Of a DNA stretch of 64,000 bases, positions 1 to 13,470 are shown piece after piece. Position 1 is the stretch's first letter, and the number at the start of each line of letters is the position of its first letter. The stretch lies in assembly GCF_009834535.1 (NCBI RefSeq), contig NC_045696.1:99760001-99824000 (forward strand), read 5' to 3'. The notes beneath the pieces were generated by a model that saw nothing but the letters and a program-made list of their open reading frames with translations, was not told the DNA's origin and searched no databases. This DNA is from Camelus ferus. Its lineage: Eukaryota. The position numbers were made by a program, and so were the translations under genes.

Positions 1-1469
1 AACTTAGTCTGCAAAAATAGGTATAATTTAAATGCATCCAAATCCATAGACTCAGAGAGTTCGACAAGTAAGAAATTAGTCTTCCATTTTATGGTTCCCT
101 TTCCTAGAATTTTGTGAAACGTTATTTCCCCTCGTATTTGAACTCTACTCTTTGGAGGCACATAATATATGAATACAGTAAAACTACATCACAGTGTTTG
201 TGGCAGGGAAAAGGAAAAAACATGTTCTAAGAGTTCTAAATTGTGAGGAGAAAGTTAAACTAGACATCACTATGGATAAAGAAGTATGATTTTACCAAAA
301 GCACAAATTAGTCCATGAAATATATTTCTAACATTGTATTAAAAATAATCTAAAGAGATTTCAAGTAGAATAACACTGCTGACAAGATCAATGTAATTGG
401 CTACTCATTCCAAATACAAGTAACATTAAAAATTACTGTGTAATAGTATTACAGAAGAATTCTTTGTGGGTTTCATAAAGTAAATAGTCTCAATGGTATT
501 ATTTCTTGAGCTTGAGAAATTCCTGTATTTCATTTTATGGTACTTTTTTGGTTTTTTGGTTGTTAGGATGTTATTATAGACTGAAAAATTGTATTAAATA
601 TATGAAATTTCGGTTTTATTTTTGTTTCTTAGTGACTTAAAGTCACTGATAATGTTAATTATATTGGGAAATTTTTATTTGCTTGAAGTGGTTATCTTTA
701 CTTTTTATAAAGTCTCATACTGCAGTAGAGTGTGGTCACTCTTTGATTTCACAATGAGTGCTGAGTTCTTCATGTAGTGTTAGGAAACAGATAGACTTTC
801 AGACTTACTTTTTTCTTCCTAATCTCCATCTCCCTTTAGATTTGTATATCAGATTTCTATAGTAATACATGCATTATTATCTGACATAAAGTGGGTGAAA
901 AATACAAGCGCAAATACGACTCTATTTTCTGATTCTTTCTGAACAAACTAAAACTAAAAGATAATTGTGCTATGAATATAAGTTAGTGATTTATCATGAG
1001 GGGCTTTGGAGCATAAAAATAACTAACAAAGATAGATAATTATCTCACCCCAAACATGAATGAGTAAAAAAAATTTAATGTAAAGTACGTTTTAAGAATT
1101 TATGATTATTTCTGGTAAAAGCAAGTGGCACTTCAAATTCTCTTCCTTATTTTATCTTATGTATCTTCAGGCTTTATAATAAAAGTTAACTTGAACTTAA
1201 GCAATAGCTGCATGGCCATCTCAAATGCACGTGCAGCACTGTAGAATTTCTAAGCAAATTTTGGGGGATTGCTATAATTTTGGCTTTTGAAAAATTAAAT
1301 TACTTTAATAAAGTTATTATGACTGCAGTCTCATAATTGTCCTCTTTTTAGTCTTTTTTTTTCTTTTTAAAATATAAATGCCTCTCAAAAATATGTTATA
1401 AACAACAGTGACTAAAACCAGTATAAAATTAAAATTGCACTATACAGATAGTTGCAAGCTTTCTATTCT

Positions 1470-1594
1470 TTTGCTGTTGTTGGGGGAATTAGGTTTATTT
1501 ATTCATTAGTTTTTTTAATGGCAGTACTGGGGCTCGAACGCAGGACCTTGTGCATGCTAAGCATGAACTCTACCACTGAGCTATATGCTACCCC
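1470..1594 (-). mobile_element. tRNA-Ala-derived SINE (Vic-1 type, camelid)
   Basis: Reverse complement reads GGGGGTAGCATATAGCTCAGTGGTAGAG...CTTAGCATGCACAAGGTCCTGCGTTCGAGCCCCAGTAC (A/B boxes, tRNA-Ala-like) then an A-rich tail; flanked by imperfect TSD caagcttt(ct/gc)attct at 1455-1469 and 1595-1609. Confidence 0.88.
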
Positions 1595-1659
1595 CAAGCT
1601 TTGCATTCTGAGAACTCCACATTAAGCATGTGACAAGCACATGCTAGAGATAACTGTAA

Positions 1660-1790
1660 GAGTAATAACTAACATTCGTGGATACTTGATAGTATACAGA
1701 GATATCAAATATTTTCATTTGACCTTTGAAAGGATTTTAAACCCCTTTTTCATAAATGAGGGAACTGAGAGTTAGCACTACAGAGCAAAG
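1660..1790 (-). mobile_element. MIR fragment
   Basis: MIR core-like 'tttttcataaatgagggaactgagag' preceded by 'taataactaacatt...'; highly diverged. Confidence 0.55.
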
Positions 1791-2569
1791 CTGATACATC
1801 TCCTTATGATCACATCAGCCAATGAGGTAGAGCATTTGTTCTCGTCTGAAAGAGGGAAGAAGAAAAAATCCATTAAAATCATGAATCCTTTTCTTTCCCC
1901 CAGTTTCAATTGTGTATTAATGTTAAATTTATGAGAACTGTTACCGCTGCCTTCGGTGATGTTTCCTGTATTGGTCTAGGACAGCAGTTATCACAATTTA
2001 TTGCTATTTTTCATGATCTCTCTGCCTGCTGGAACTGCACTCAGTCAGGATGGGCTTTGTACTCTGCTTCTCTGAGCATCTCTCAGAGGGCAAGGTCCAT
2101 CTCGCCATTTAGGCTGTCTATTAAGTGTAATGTTTGCATGTTAGTTAACATTCTAACTCACTTGACAATAATTTCATCCAGTATTTGGGTTTGGAGAGCT
2201 CTTTTTCTTATTAGTATTTTTAAAAGTATATTTTAAGAATATGTTTAACTTCAGGTTAAAAAGAGAACCACTACAGATATTCCTCAGTGTCATCTGATAC
2301 CATTTTAGTTGCAATTGCCTTTTTTTTTTTTTTTTTACCTGTTAGCTGCATTTTCCCTTCTTTTTAAGTGATAAATATCTATCCCTATTTTGGAAGTATT
2401 TTATTTTGAGAAAATAAATGTAGTCTCACTGGTCATAATCTCATAATGAATTATTTGTAACTTCAGTAATATCTCTAAAATCGCTTTAATAACTATATAT
2501 TTGAATATAAACATACACTTTACTTTTCTCTGTTTATCATTTTTATTTTTTTCCCTCCTTCCCTTCTTC

Positions 2570-2700
2570 CTTTTTTCTTTTTTCAGTACACAGTTACTGA
2601 GCCTCTACAATGTACTCATTCTTCCAGGAATCTCAGATAAAACCAAGAACAAGCCTTACCCGCTTGGTGCTCACATTCTAGTACTAATGTGAAGTATGAA
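2570..2700 (-). mobile_element. L2 3' end fragment
   Basis: 'ttactgagcctctacaatgtac...gcttggtgctcacattctagt' resembles the reverse complement of the L2 3' end. Confidence 0.5.
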
Positions 2701-4046
2701 CCCACTTTTAGCAAAGTGTTACAAATACACAGATTGAAAGACCAAGAAAGAGTCACAAATTTCAACAGCTGCTCAAAGATTATAGAATATAATTTTAACT
2801 GAAAGCATCTGATAGTGTTCATGAACTAATTATAATTGAATTCAAGTTGCCCAAGCAAAATAAGTGAAAATTCCTTATTTTTTCTCAATTGACAGTTTCT
2901 GTAGCACACATTTAAGTATTTTTTCAATTTAAATACACCCAACACCACAGTATTTGTGATTTCATAAGAAAATCATATCTGTAAAATATTGGTAATGGAA
3001 TAACTTTCAAAAACATTCTGTCAATGTCAAAGTTGATAATGTATTCTAAGCATAAGTAGATGATGAATCAGATTCGGATTTGGAAAAATCAAAACATTCT
3101 ACATAGCAATATGTCAATCACATACGGATTCATTAATCAGGTTTTTCTTTATTAAATCCATATTTCAACTAATAATTCCAACATCCTCAGAGAAGGAAAA
3201 GCTATGTACAAATGATCCCAGTCTGAGAAAAGCTGTGATCTGAATGATAGTGAAAAGTGCACGAGATTCCATTGAAATGAACACAGCAGTCGTTCCTTCT
3301 TTGTATGTTATTATAAAGAGAACTGGGGGTCAAATTGCATGAATGATAAATGGAAGGTGCTTGAATTGGGTTGGCTCCTTTATGAACATTATACATTGAC
3401 CTTGGCAGTTTTGACAATGACATCCATCATTTCTAGGAATCCATTCCAACACCCAGCCTGTTCTCTAATGTGACCAAATAAACAGGGTTTGTGAATATAA
3501 GAGTCAAAGATTGATCTTCTGTGCCACAGCACTGATTAACAGTTTGTTACTTACTGTAGCTTTTTCATTCCATGGATTATGGGAGGATCATGACTCTATG
3601 ATGGCACTATGGCACACCTGTAGATAACCTGTGAGAATGCTTTAATCTTCACTTACAGACTTCAAAAGGTTCAATACTAGACTTCCAAGTTTGATAATCA
3701 AAATGAAATAAAACCTTTAAGGAGATCTTTGCATACTTTTAATGCACATTTTATTATTTCTGTGTTGCTTCAATAGAGACAGCTGGTTGAAGATGGAAAT
3801 AGACCAGGCATTCTAACTTTTACATTATTTTAACTTGTGGGTAACCTACGCAAGAATTTGCAGGTTTAAGAGAATTTCTCTGCTTCAAATACCTTTGGTA
3901 TGAACAGAATTACATGTAGGCGGAGAAGCAGGTCTCCCCCCAACCAAAAATATTAAAATGTGACATTATTTGAAGTCATAAACTTTTCCTCAGAAAGCAT
4001 ATCATATCAACTATATGATAGTACCTTCCCTTAAAAGGCTGAGGTA

Positions 4047-4077
<31 letters not shown>
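4047..4077. repeat. Compound (TA)n(TG)n microsatellite
   Basis: Directly visible. Confidence 0.95.
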
Positions 4078-4966
4078 AGCCTTGGGGAATTCTAAATTAT
4101 CTGCTCTTTTCAAATACAAGAACTTGGAAAACTGAGCTATTTAGTAATGACTCAGGTTTCTTTAAAATGATATGATGCTAACTGCTCCATGTCAGAGCTA
4201 GTTGGGCGGTCTCACTGACAAAAGCTTCATATTAAAATCGACAGGTAAATTCTCAAGACTCAGGCATGTAGGATACATTCACAAGCCCCCATTTCACTTT
4301 GGTTTCAAACATATAATCTGTGTCATACCAGGCATTTAGTCCAATTCAATAATTTCTGGATTCAATATAAAGTTGATTCATCAGTCAACGTCTTCCAAGA
4401 TTCAAACTTCTTCAACTAGTAGGTGTTTTCTTTACCCCTTTCCTGGCCTAGCTTCCAATCTCTAGATGGAACAGTCCCAAAGTCTGTTGTGTCAGGAAGT
4501 CCATATAAATGTATCCTTAGCCTCCATTTGCTGCATGCCTTCTTGACCTGCTGAGCACATCCTATCTCCAGCTCACCTCTGTGTCTGCCCTGGATTTGTG
4601 GGAACATTAACATCTCTTCTAAATTCATAGCAAATACAACAGTGTAACAGGACCACTTCTGGTGCCCCGACTTCCTTTAGGATGCAATTCTGAGTCTGCT
4701 CCTATAGATGGAAAACAGAGCACAGATTTACTCTCCCAAAGTCCGTTTCTCATCCCACATTTCTGAGTGTAGAGGGGTCAACAGAGAAAGTGTCTAAACA
4801 TCATATTTCCTTTAACTAGATTTTATTTTCTCCAAGTTCTATTACTTCCCAGCACTGTTTCTTGTCTAATCTGAGCTAGGAGGAAATCATATTTATATGA
4901 TTGTAGGTCTAATATCAGAATCAAGTGTGAAGAAAATGGCCAAATTAAAATATGACGTCAGTAATA

Positions 4967-5107
4967 TCATGTCTGTTTTTGTGCAAATAGCACACTGTTT
5001 TGATTATTGTAGCTCTGTAGTAATGTTTGAAATCTGGAAGGGTTATTCCTCCAGCTTCATTCTTTTTCTTTGACATTGTTTTGGCAATTCTGGGTCTTTC
5101 GTTCACA
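4967..5107 (-). mobile_element. L1 ORF2 fragment
   Basis: Minus ORF 4945-5175 contains '[42 protein letters not shown]', typical L1 ORF2p post-RT sequence. Confidence 0.92.
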
Positions 5108-5364
5108 ATTTTTATCTCTACTCCCAGTGCTTCAGAATTGCATATCTTTCTTTCATTATGCCATTCTCCTGACATAGCACAATGCTTGATATATAGTATA
5201 TCTTTAGTAAATTAGTATTGACTGCACTGTTGGATTTCCACAAACCCACCAGACCTCTACCACCCCTCCACTACTTGGCTTAATTGGAGGTATATTAAAT
5301 GCTCTGGAAACAGTCTATCACTGATGCACCATTGAAAGCAAAGACAATTACTGACTTTAGACCT

Positions 5365-6420
5365 GGCTTTTGCACAGCAAAGGAAACTATAAACAAAACA
5401 GGAAGAAAACCTACAGGATGAGACAAAATAATTGAAAATGATGTGACTGACAAAGGCTTGATTTCCAGAATATACAAACAGTTTATACAACTTAATAACA
5501 AAAAACAAACAACTCAATCCAAAAATGGGCAGAAGACCTAAACAAGCAATTCTCCAATGAAGACATACAAATGACTAATAGGCATATGAAAAAGTGCTCA
5601 ATATCACGAATTATCACAGAAATGCAAATTAAAACTAAAATGAGGTATCACCTTACACCAGTCAGAATAGCCACGATTAAAAAGTCCACAAACAATAAAT
5701 GCTGGCGAGGGTGTGGAGAAAAGGGAACCCTCCTACACTGACGGTGGGAATGTAGTTTGGTGCAGCCCTCATGGAAAATAGTATGAAGAGTCCTCAAAAA
5801 ACTAAGAATAGGCTTACCATACGATCCAGCAATCCCACTCCTGGGCATATATCTGGAGGAAACTCTAATTCAAAAAGATACATGCACCCCAATGTTCACA
5901 GCAGCATTACATGCAGTAGCCAAGACATGGAAACAACCTAAATGTTCATCAAGCGATGACTGGATAAAGTTGTGGTATATTTATACAATGGACTACTGCT
6001 CAGCCATAAAAAGTAATAAAATAATGCCATTTGCAGCAACATGGATTGACCTGGAGATTGTTATTCTAAGTGAAGTAAGCCAGAAAGAGAAAGAAAACTA
6101 CCATATGATGTCAGTTATGTGAAATTATTTACAAAACAGAAACTGACTCGCAGACATAGAAAACAAACTTATGGTTACCAAGGCAGGAGGTGGTAGCAAG
6201 GGACAAATTGGGAGTTGAAGATTTGCAGATACTAATTACTATATATAAAATAACAACAAGTTTATATTGTATAGCACAGGGATCTATATTCAGTATCTTA
6301 TAGTAACCTATCATGAAAATAATATGAAAATGAATATATGTATATGTAAGATGAAAACCTTATGCTGTATACTAGATATTGACACAACATGGTAAACTAT
6401 ACTTCAATAAAAAATCTAAA
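5365..6420 (+). mobile_element. 5'-truncated young L1 (ORF2 C-terminus, 3' UTR, A tail)
   Basis: ORF 5892-6122 'MFTAALHAVAKTWKQPKC...WYIYTMDYCSAIK...FAATWIDLE' is the ORF2p C-terminus; 3' UTR ends 'tatacttcaataaaaaa'. Confidence 0.95.
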
Positions 6421-9400
6421 TAATAAAATATAATTAATAAAGTAGTAATATTTTATTAATTATGGTAGCATATTATTAATATACATCAATATATTACTTT
6501 ATTACTAATATATTAACTATTTTACTTCTATTTGCTAATTAACACAAAATCTTTTTTAAATGAAAAGAGGATGAGTTCTAATTATATATATATTATGAGC
6601 ATTTTAATTATGTTTCATGTTTTTCAAAAATTTTTTTAAATATTTTTGGGTAAATTCATTTCAATGTCAGGTTCTAAATCTAGTTTATTTCTGTTTGATA
6701 GTAATGATGGTAATAGATGAAAATGATGCTTCTATCATTGCACAAAATATGCACAATATAAAACACACACAAGAGATGAGATTCAGTGTTTGTGATAGTG
6801 ATATAAAGTCATATTTCAAAGAGCCTTTATATTTTTAACCTGCTTTTGCTCACTTCTTGTCATTGTCATTGTTTCAGCATGCAGTGTAGCAGAAAGAACT
6901 TGTTCAGGGAGTGAGAGAACTGTTTCTCTCCCATTTCCTTGGTTGCTTGTGTTTATGTCACTTGTGTTATCCTCATTATTTGAGTCATTCAAATCCATTT
7001 GTTAATTTTGTGGGGGCTAGGTTAGTTCCAACTAAGTAAGATTATCAACAAATCTCCTTATATGATTAGACACATAGGATAAAACACTGAAACCTTGGGA
7101 AGCCAAACAAATGCATTATGGATCTTCCTCTCTCCTCCTTCCCTCTCATCTTTCCCCACCCATCCCCTTGTCCTCTTCTTCTTGACATCGTGCAGAGATT
7201 ACTGGTATAAGTAATGAGGATAAACAGAAGAATTCATAATAAAATCTCCAGAATCTACTTAGGATTTATGACATAAAGCAGCAAATATATGTAATTACAC
7301 ACTCATACTACCACTAGACATCACTGTACATCTACAACAGATAACACATCAAAAACAAGCTCCAGTGCCTACCCTAAACCTTTTCAAAATGCTTTTTGAT
7401 TTCACAGAGCTCTTAAAGTTATCACTTTCCCAAAATTTTCTGAAAAATAGTGTTGCTTCAGGAAGATCCCTGTCAACAGCTGTCCAGGCTAAATCATGGT
7501 CTTTTCCTTCTGTCTCATTGTGGCTTAAATGACCTCATAATATTTTAGTGGGGAAATAAACCTAAACTTTCAAATAACCTTTAGGTTTGAGCTAGAATTG
7601 ATAATCACCACTTTCTAATGATTTCATATGTCATCGATTCTAAAGGATTATTTGTTTATATGAAGTTATTTTTAAATGCATGTGTCATATTATTAGCATA
7701 TTGTCAACAAAGAACACACTGAATTCAAATAATCAATATTTTAAATAAAAGTTTGAGAAATGATATCATATTATATATATACATGTATGTATGTATTACT
7801 CAGCTTTCCTTATATGGTTCCTGCTTTAATTCCATAAATTAGGAATATATTCATGCTTTAAAATTATAAAGTATTAAATGAATAATGATTCTCCATTTTT
7901 CTTTCATCTGCTTCTCTTCTACTGAGTGTATTATTAAGAGAACAAAAATAATTGCCTAGTGGAAATAAGAAGAATTTAATAATTTACCAGAAGTGGTACT
8001 AGGTAAAAATCCTCTGAATGCAAATTAAAATTAAATTGGAGAAAAGAGAGTAATAAGTTGGCCTCAAGCATGGATCATATTACACACAAGATTATTATTA
8101 AATGCCAGCTGTGCTTTTCTTTGAAGTGGCAGGTTTATCTCTTTTCAAAAATTGAATGCCATTGGTTAATTTGATATAAAAATTATGTGATTTCCAGATA
8201 GCAAAAAAGTACTCATTAAAAATATTTAAATAATTAAAGTGTCCTTTTTCTATTCCAAGATGATGTTATTGAACTAGTGTTCTCATACTTGCTCTTGGCT
8301 TGAATTAGAGGACATGTCTCCTGCCCTGCTCCTACATGGTCAAGAATTTCTGAATCAGTAAGTTCTTGTTAAGGGGAAGGACGCCTGTTACAATGGTTTG
8401 GCATCGTGGCCTTCGCTATATGAACAAAGAGATTATAATATGGACTTGAATAATTAAGTCATTAAATTTTATATATGATGAATGTCATAAAATGCATATT
8501 TTACTTAAAGAGGGAAAGAAAAGCAATTTAAATGGTAAAGAAAATTCAGCCCACCATTCTACCCAATGATTATTTGGGCCATTATGAGTGTAATGAGTGT
8601 AAACTGAAGACATAACTCAGCTCTTCTCTTGTTCCATATTAATTTGAGTATTTTTCTCAGGGTGTTTGTATACATTTTTTCTTCATGCACAATGACCCCT
8701 AAGGAAGATCAAATTCTTTATCCAGCTTTCAAGTGAGGGAACAGCAGCAACACAGCCTAATGTGAGAATAATTTGCTTGACTGAAAAAGCTTAGAGCCCC
8801 AAGGTAGCATCTTTACAAGGGATTTTCAAGTTTATTTTTGGTCATAGTGCTCCTCAATTAGCGTGAAGACCTCATACAAAAATCCTCCAGAGATGCACTA
8901 CCACTGGAGTTGCCACAATTGAAATACAAATTTCATTGTCCCCTCCAAGTCGATCCTATCACACAAACTTTTCACTGTCATATAGTCATGCAGCTTTCGT
9001 TATTCTATGTCTTTTTGATTAGTTTACATAGGAAATCATGGCTATTTGGTGCTTCTAGCATTTTCTTAGTCAGAATGTCCCATTCCATCTGTACCCTTGG
9101 TCAGAAATTTTATGGCTTCAAATCTCCTGTACCTGCCCAGGACACTAAAGTCAAAACACATTTTTGCAATACACAATGTATTCTTACATAAAATATATAA
9201 GCTGAGCCCCAAATTCCACATGGCTTCTGCATCACTGAAAATTATCTGAATGATATCCAACCAGTAAGCATCCACCCTTAAATTCCAGCAGTTTTTTCAG
9301 AATCCCTTTTACAATAATTTTCGGTCAAAATACATAAAAGTATCTATCTCCCAAAGTAAATCTCTCCTCCTTCAACTGAGATTTCCAGTTGTCAGTCTTC

Positions 9401-9479
9401 TATTATACCAACCAGTAATAACTACTTATGAAAATATGTGTAAGAGAATACAATATTTTATCTTCTTTCTTTTTTGAAG

Positions 9480-10300
9480 GCATCTTATTGATTAGTCCTG
9501 AGAGTACAAGGATGAATGATATGTGTACTCTGCTCTCCAGAAGTCATAAAAGAAAAGAGTAAAGTAGATTGTAAGAGTTAATGTTTTAAATTTAAGTGAA
9601 ATAATGGAGGTGTGGGAAATGTATCCTGGGAGTCTGGACAAGAAAGGAACCTATAGTTTCTAAAGGAATTTACAGAAACGTAACAAAGATACAGTGAGCA
9701 GGATTTTGAAAGAGGAGGATGACTTCTGCCACACAAGGAGTGAAGAGCGTCTATGCAGAGGGCAGAGGCAAAGTGTGGAGACATGAACAAACATGTAGCA
9801 GGAGATGAGCACAAAGTAGGCTAAGACTGAAACCTGGGTATGAGACAGAAAAGTGGCAAGAATCGATGCTGACTACATAGACGGCAAGATACAGATCACT
9901 GAAGACCCCAGAGTCCTTATCCTTAAGGCCATGATATCTGCGGGGTAATGATGTGAGTATTCTGGCAGAAATGAGCAGGATGGATCCAGAGGGAGAAACA
10001 AAGTGATCTGTTTCTCCAATCCAAGTAAGAGATACTAACAGCTTTAACTAAAGTGACTAGCAGAGGGGTTATGGAGCAGGATCAACAGAGCTTTGGAACC
10101 AATTTTATTTAGGGAGTGAGGGAAATAAATCAAGTTAGGGTGACTCAAAGGTTTCTAGTGAGCTAGACCCCGTAAACAATACTCCTGCTCCCGGAAAAAG
10201 GGGCAGAACAAGGCTGGGCAGAGAGGAGATGAAAGAGTTAAGACAAAGAGATGGTTTCCAGGAAGCTTCGACTTTCAGGTCATCCAGGTAAATGGATGTA
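9480..10300 (-). mobile_element. L2 fragment
   Basis: Purine-rich degenerate sequence with L2 reverse-strand motifs ('tgactcaaaggtttctagtgagc', 'tccaagtaagagata'). Confidence 0.6.
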
Positions 10301-10879
10301 TATATAAATATCAGTACATAGTTGGAATGATCTCATAGGGCTATTTTCAACAGTATACAATACAGATACTAGAAAAATACTGAGTTGGAATATAAATGCT
10401 CACTTATGTTTTCCACGTAAAATACTCTCCATCAGTCAACGCATGTAAATTATTCAAGACGAACTGCTGCTTTATCATTTCAAACAGAAACACATCTGAA
10501 ACATTTATATTTAACTCGAGTTCTGTCCTTCAAAATGACATTGTGTTTTCTAAAGTCATGTTCCAAAGATCAACAGTAACTTTATGAGTGTCAGGGCAAT
10601 TAGTAACCAACTGTCTTGAATCAAGTAAAAGTCTCAGAAACTTTGATCAGTTTACCCCAAATGTAAGATTAATAGGATAACCTTAAGCAAAAGAAGAAAA
10701 TCACTAACATTTTCAATGCTGGTTGCACTGTCTTCATTTTATGTCCTTGCTAAAATTGATGTCAACTTTCTAAAGGTGATATGACAGCAAGCCATAATAC
10801 AGAGGTTATATGAGTCAAGATGAGCTAAGTCACATAGTGGTAAAATAGAGTATTCTTAAATCTTAGTTGTTTCGCACAG

Positions 10880-11205
10880 TGAAAATGATGTTCTCACTCA
10901 TACAAAGTCCATTTTGGGTACACAGGGATTGTCCTCTGTTTAAGGACATAAAAATCCAGGCCAACTCCCATGGAAAACTGAAATTTGCCATCTCAATACG
11001 TAGCCTTCAGTGTTTCTTTGGCAGGAAAAAGAAAGATCAAAGAGAAACACTGTCTGTAACGGGTACAGAATAGAAGTAACTCATCACTTTCAGTTAACTT
11101 CCTGTTTGCAGAACAAGATCACATGGTCATAACCCAAATGCAACAGACGGCGGAAAATATAGAACAGCACATGGGTATTTAATGAGCATTATTTGTCTCT
11201 GTCAT
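10880..11205. mobile_element. Old MaLR LTR (MLT1 family) fragment
   Basis: 'agatcacatggtcataacccaaatgcaa...aaaatatag...tgtctctgtcata' resembles MLT1 termini. Confidence 0.5.
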
Positions 11206-12432
11206 AGAGACCATCAGAGATAGGTGAACATGGTATTGGGTGTTTCAGTAATCCCTTAATCGCCTCTTATGGAAGGTAGATAAAATCTGAACTCTTTAGT
11301 TATCAGAGATTCCATCTCTCCTTTTAGAGACACTTTTTGAAGAGCATCATTATGAGATTTCCAAGGAGAAAGAATAGCGAATCCAACAAGTTTTATCATT
11401 TCAATTTACATTCCAATTATTATATTCATGGGATTTTTAGAATTAGAAGGATCATATTTAATCTGCTTATTTAAGTACTGAGGAAACTTTAATTCACACA
11501 GGAAAAAATAAAGAACTTACCCTGTGTCACAAAGAACTGGCACCCAACTCTTGGTTTCCAATCCAGGGATCTTTTTCACCACACTGTATCCCCTTAGAAA
11601 AGTCACTCATTGTCCATTTGGAAATATACAAGATTCTAGAATGAGTAGAAACCAGTCTGGAATCATAATGCATACAGATTTGCCTTTTTCTATCATTATT
11701 GTTAGAGATGACATTCATGGTCATTTTCTAAAATAGCTACATAGGAAGAAGAATCACAGATTTAAATAACCCAACTACTCTTACAGGCAGGTGACCAAAC
11801 TTGACAGCCCAATAAGTGTTATTCATAGATTGGACTTGAACATTTGGTCCCTAAATGCCTCCTCTTACACTTACATTATCAATTCACCTATTTATTTATA
11901 CATTTAATGATTCATACAGCAATCATTTGTATGTGAGGGGGGTGTGTCTTCAATGTCTTGGTCCCTGAGAATTAAGAATAAATGAGACAGACAGTGGTTC
12001 CTCCCCAAGAATTTCACATTATAATGATGAGTCAGAGCCAATAATACGCTGAGAGTAAGGAACCTGAATCATGAAAACAGGGGACTCTCATTCTAACTCT
12101 GCTTCTGTCACTGACCTTTTAACAAATTCCACAATCTGCCTTGAGCTGGATTCCTCTGCAGAAGCAAAGATGAGTGGACCCAGAGACCCATGGCCTCAGC
12201 ATCCTACGCACCAGCTCCCATTGTCAACTCTTACCCCTGATATTCGGCCACATCGTTTAAGCACCACTCACTTTTCACTTGAGTGAACTCAAAGAAATGT
12301 TCATACCTTACCAATCAGAGATTTTTGAGACCAATAGAAATAAAACAAATTGTTTTTGATTCTAATGGTCTCCTACACACACAAAAAAAAAAAAGAAAAA
12401 ATAGATAGCAGACTATCATGAAAGTTCACTTT

Positions 12433-12563
12433 CCCTCCCGCCTTCCCTCCCTCACTCCTTCATTCTTTCTCTCCCTCTCCTTCTCTCTCTTTCTGTCATC
12501 TTCTCCTTTCCCTCTCTTTCTGTCATCTTCTCCTTCCCCTCTCTCCTTGTCCCTCTCCCTCTC
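12433..12563. repeat. Polypyrimidine low-complexity tract with a 27-bp-period duplication
   Basis: ctctctttctgtcatcttctcctt at 12485-12508 and 12512-12535 inside a CT-rich run. Confidence 0.9.
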
Positions 12564-12779
12564 TATCATTTGTTCACCATCTTGTTTTGACCATAGTCCA
12601 TTACTGACATCAAGTGTGCTCTTGAAAATATCTGGAATTTAATTTTATGACAGTCCATGAGAAAGCAAAATAATTTAGGATTGCCATTGAATCACTGTGA
12701 AATACCACTTCACATAGAAAATTTTACTTCTAAAATTTACTCTGAGGCTATAACATGGGGCAGGTTCAGTGACTTATAT

Positions 12780-13117
12780 ACAATGATATACCTTTTAACA
12801 TCATTCATAACATGAAAAAAACACCAAATATTTAAATGATGGAATGCTATGCAGCCAACTAAAATTATTTCATTAAAACTATTTTATGGCTCAGAAACAC
12901 TGTTTTATTGTTAATAAAAACATATTAATATTATAAGTAATATATGCAATTTGATAACACTATAAAAATAGAGATATAGACATATATGCCTAAAAAGAGA
13001 AACATCAAAACTTTAATAGTGTGAATTTCTGGGTGAGAGATTACACTTGCTTTTAATTTTGTTCTTTGTACATTTATATTAGGAATATGTAGTATATCTG
13101 CAATTTAAAAAAAAAAA
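12780..13117 (+). mobile_element. Old L1 (L1ME-like) 3' UTR fragment
   Basis: 'atggaatgctatgcagccaactaaaa', 'tttctgggtgagagattaca' and an A tail at ~13107. Confidence 0.55.
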
Positions 13118-13284
13118 CTAACTCATAAGCATTAAATGGAGCTTTACAAAAATATACTCTAGATTTAATGTTGGGATGATGTGTATAGACCTGTGACATA
13201 AAATAAGCATAATGTAAAAAATATAGCAACCAAAATAAAAATTATTGAACTCTGCTAGAAAGTGAAAAAGGCTCTTTAAAAGAT

Positions 13285-13470
13285 TTCTCAAGAGAAATAC
13301 TATTGGCACCTTGGATGGTAGGATTCTTTTCACAGGCTGAACTACCCCAGGAATTGTAGGACATGTAGCCTTCCTGGCTCCTAGTCACCAAATGCCAGTA
13401 GCAGACTCCAATCATTGAGCTAAATTAAATGCCCTCACTATTTCTAAATGCTCAAATGTTAAGAACCATG
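13285..13470. mobile_element. hAT-Charlie MITE (MER3/MER20-like)
   Basis: 'ttctcaa...tactattggcaccttggatgg...gaattgtaggacatgtagc...aatgccagtagca...gttaagaacca' matches recalled MER3-type motifs and termini. Confidence 0.65.

Noticed and set aside
1910..2236. 108-aa ORF
   Set aside because: Non-ATG start, no homology recognised, composition typical of non-coding DNA.
4416..4628. 70-aa minus ORF
   Set aside because: No recognisable product and no convincing splice sites.
6420..6620. Extremely AT-rich stretch with imperfect inverted symmetry
   Set aside because: Low complexity next to an L1 tail; symmetry is expected from composition.
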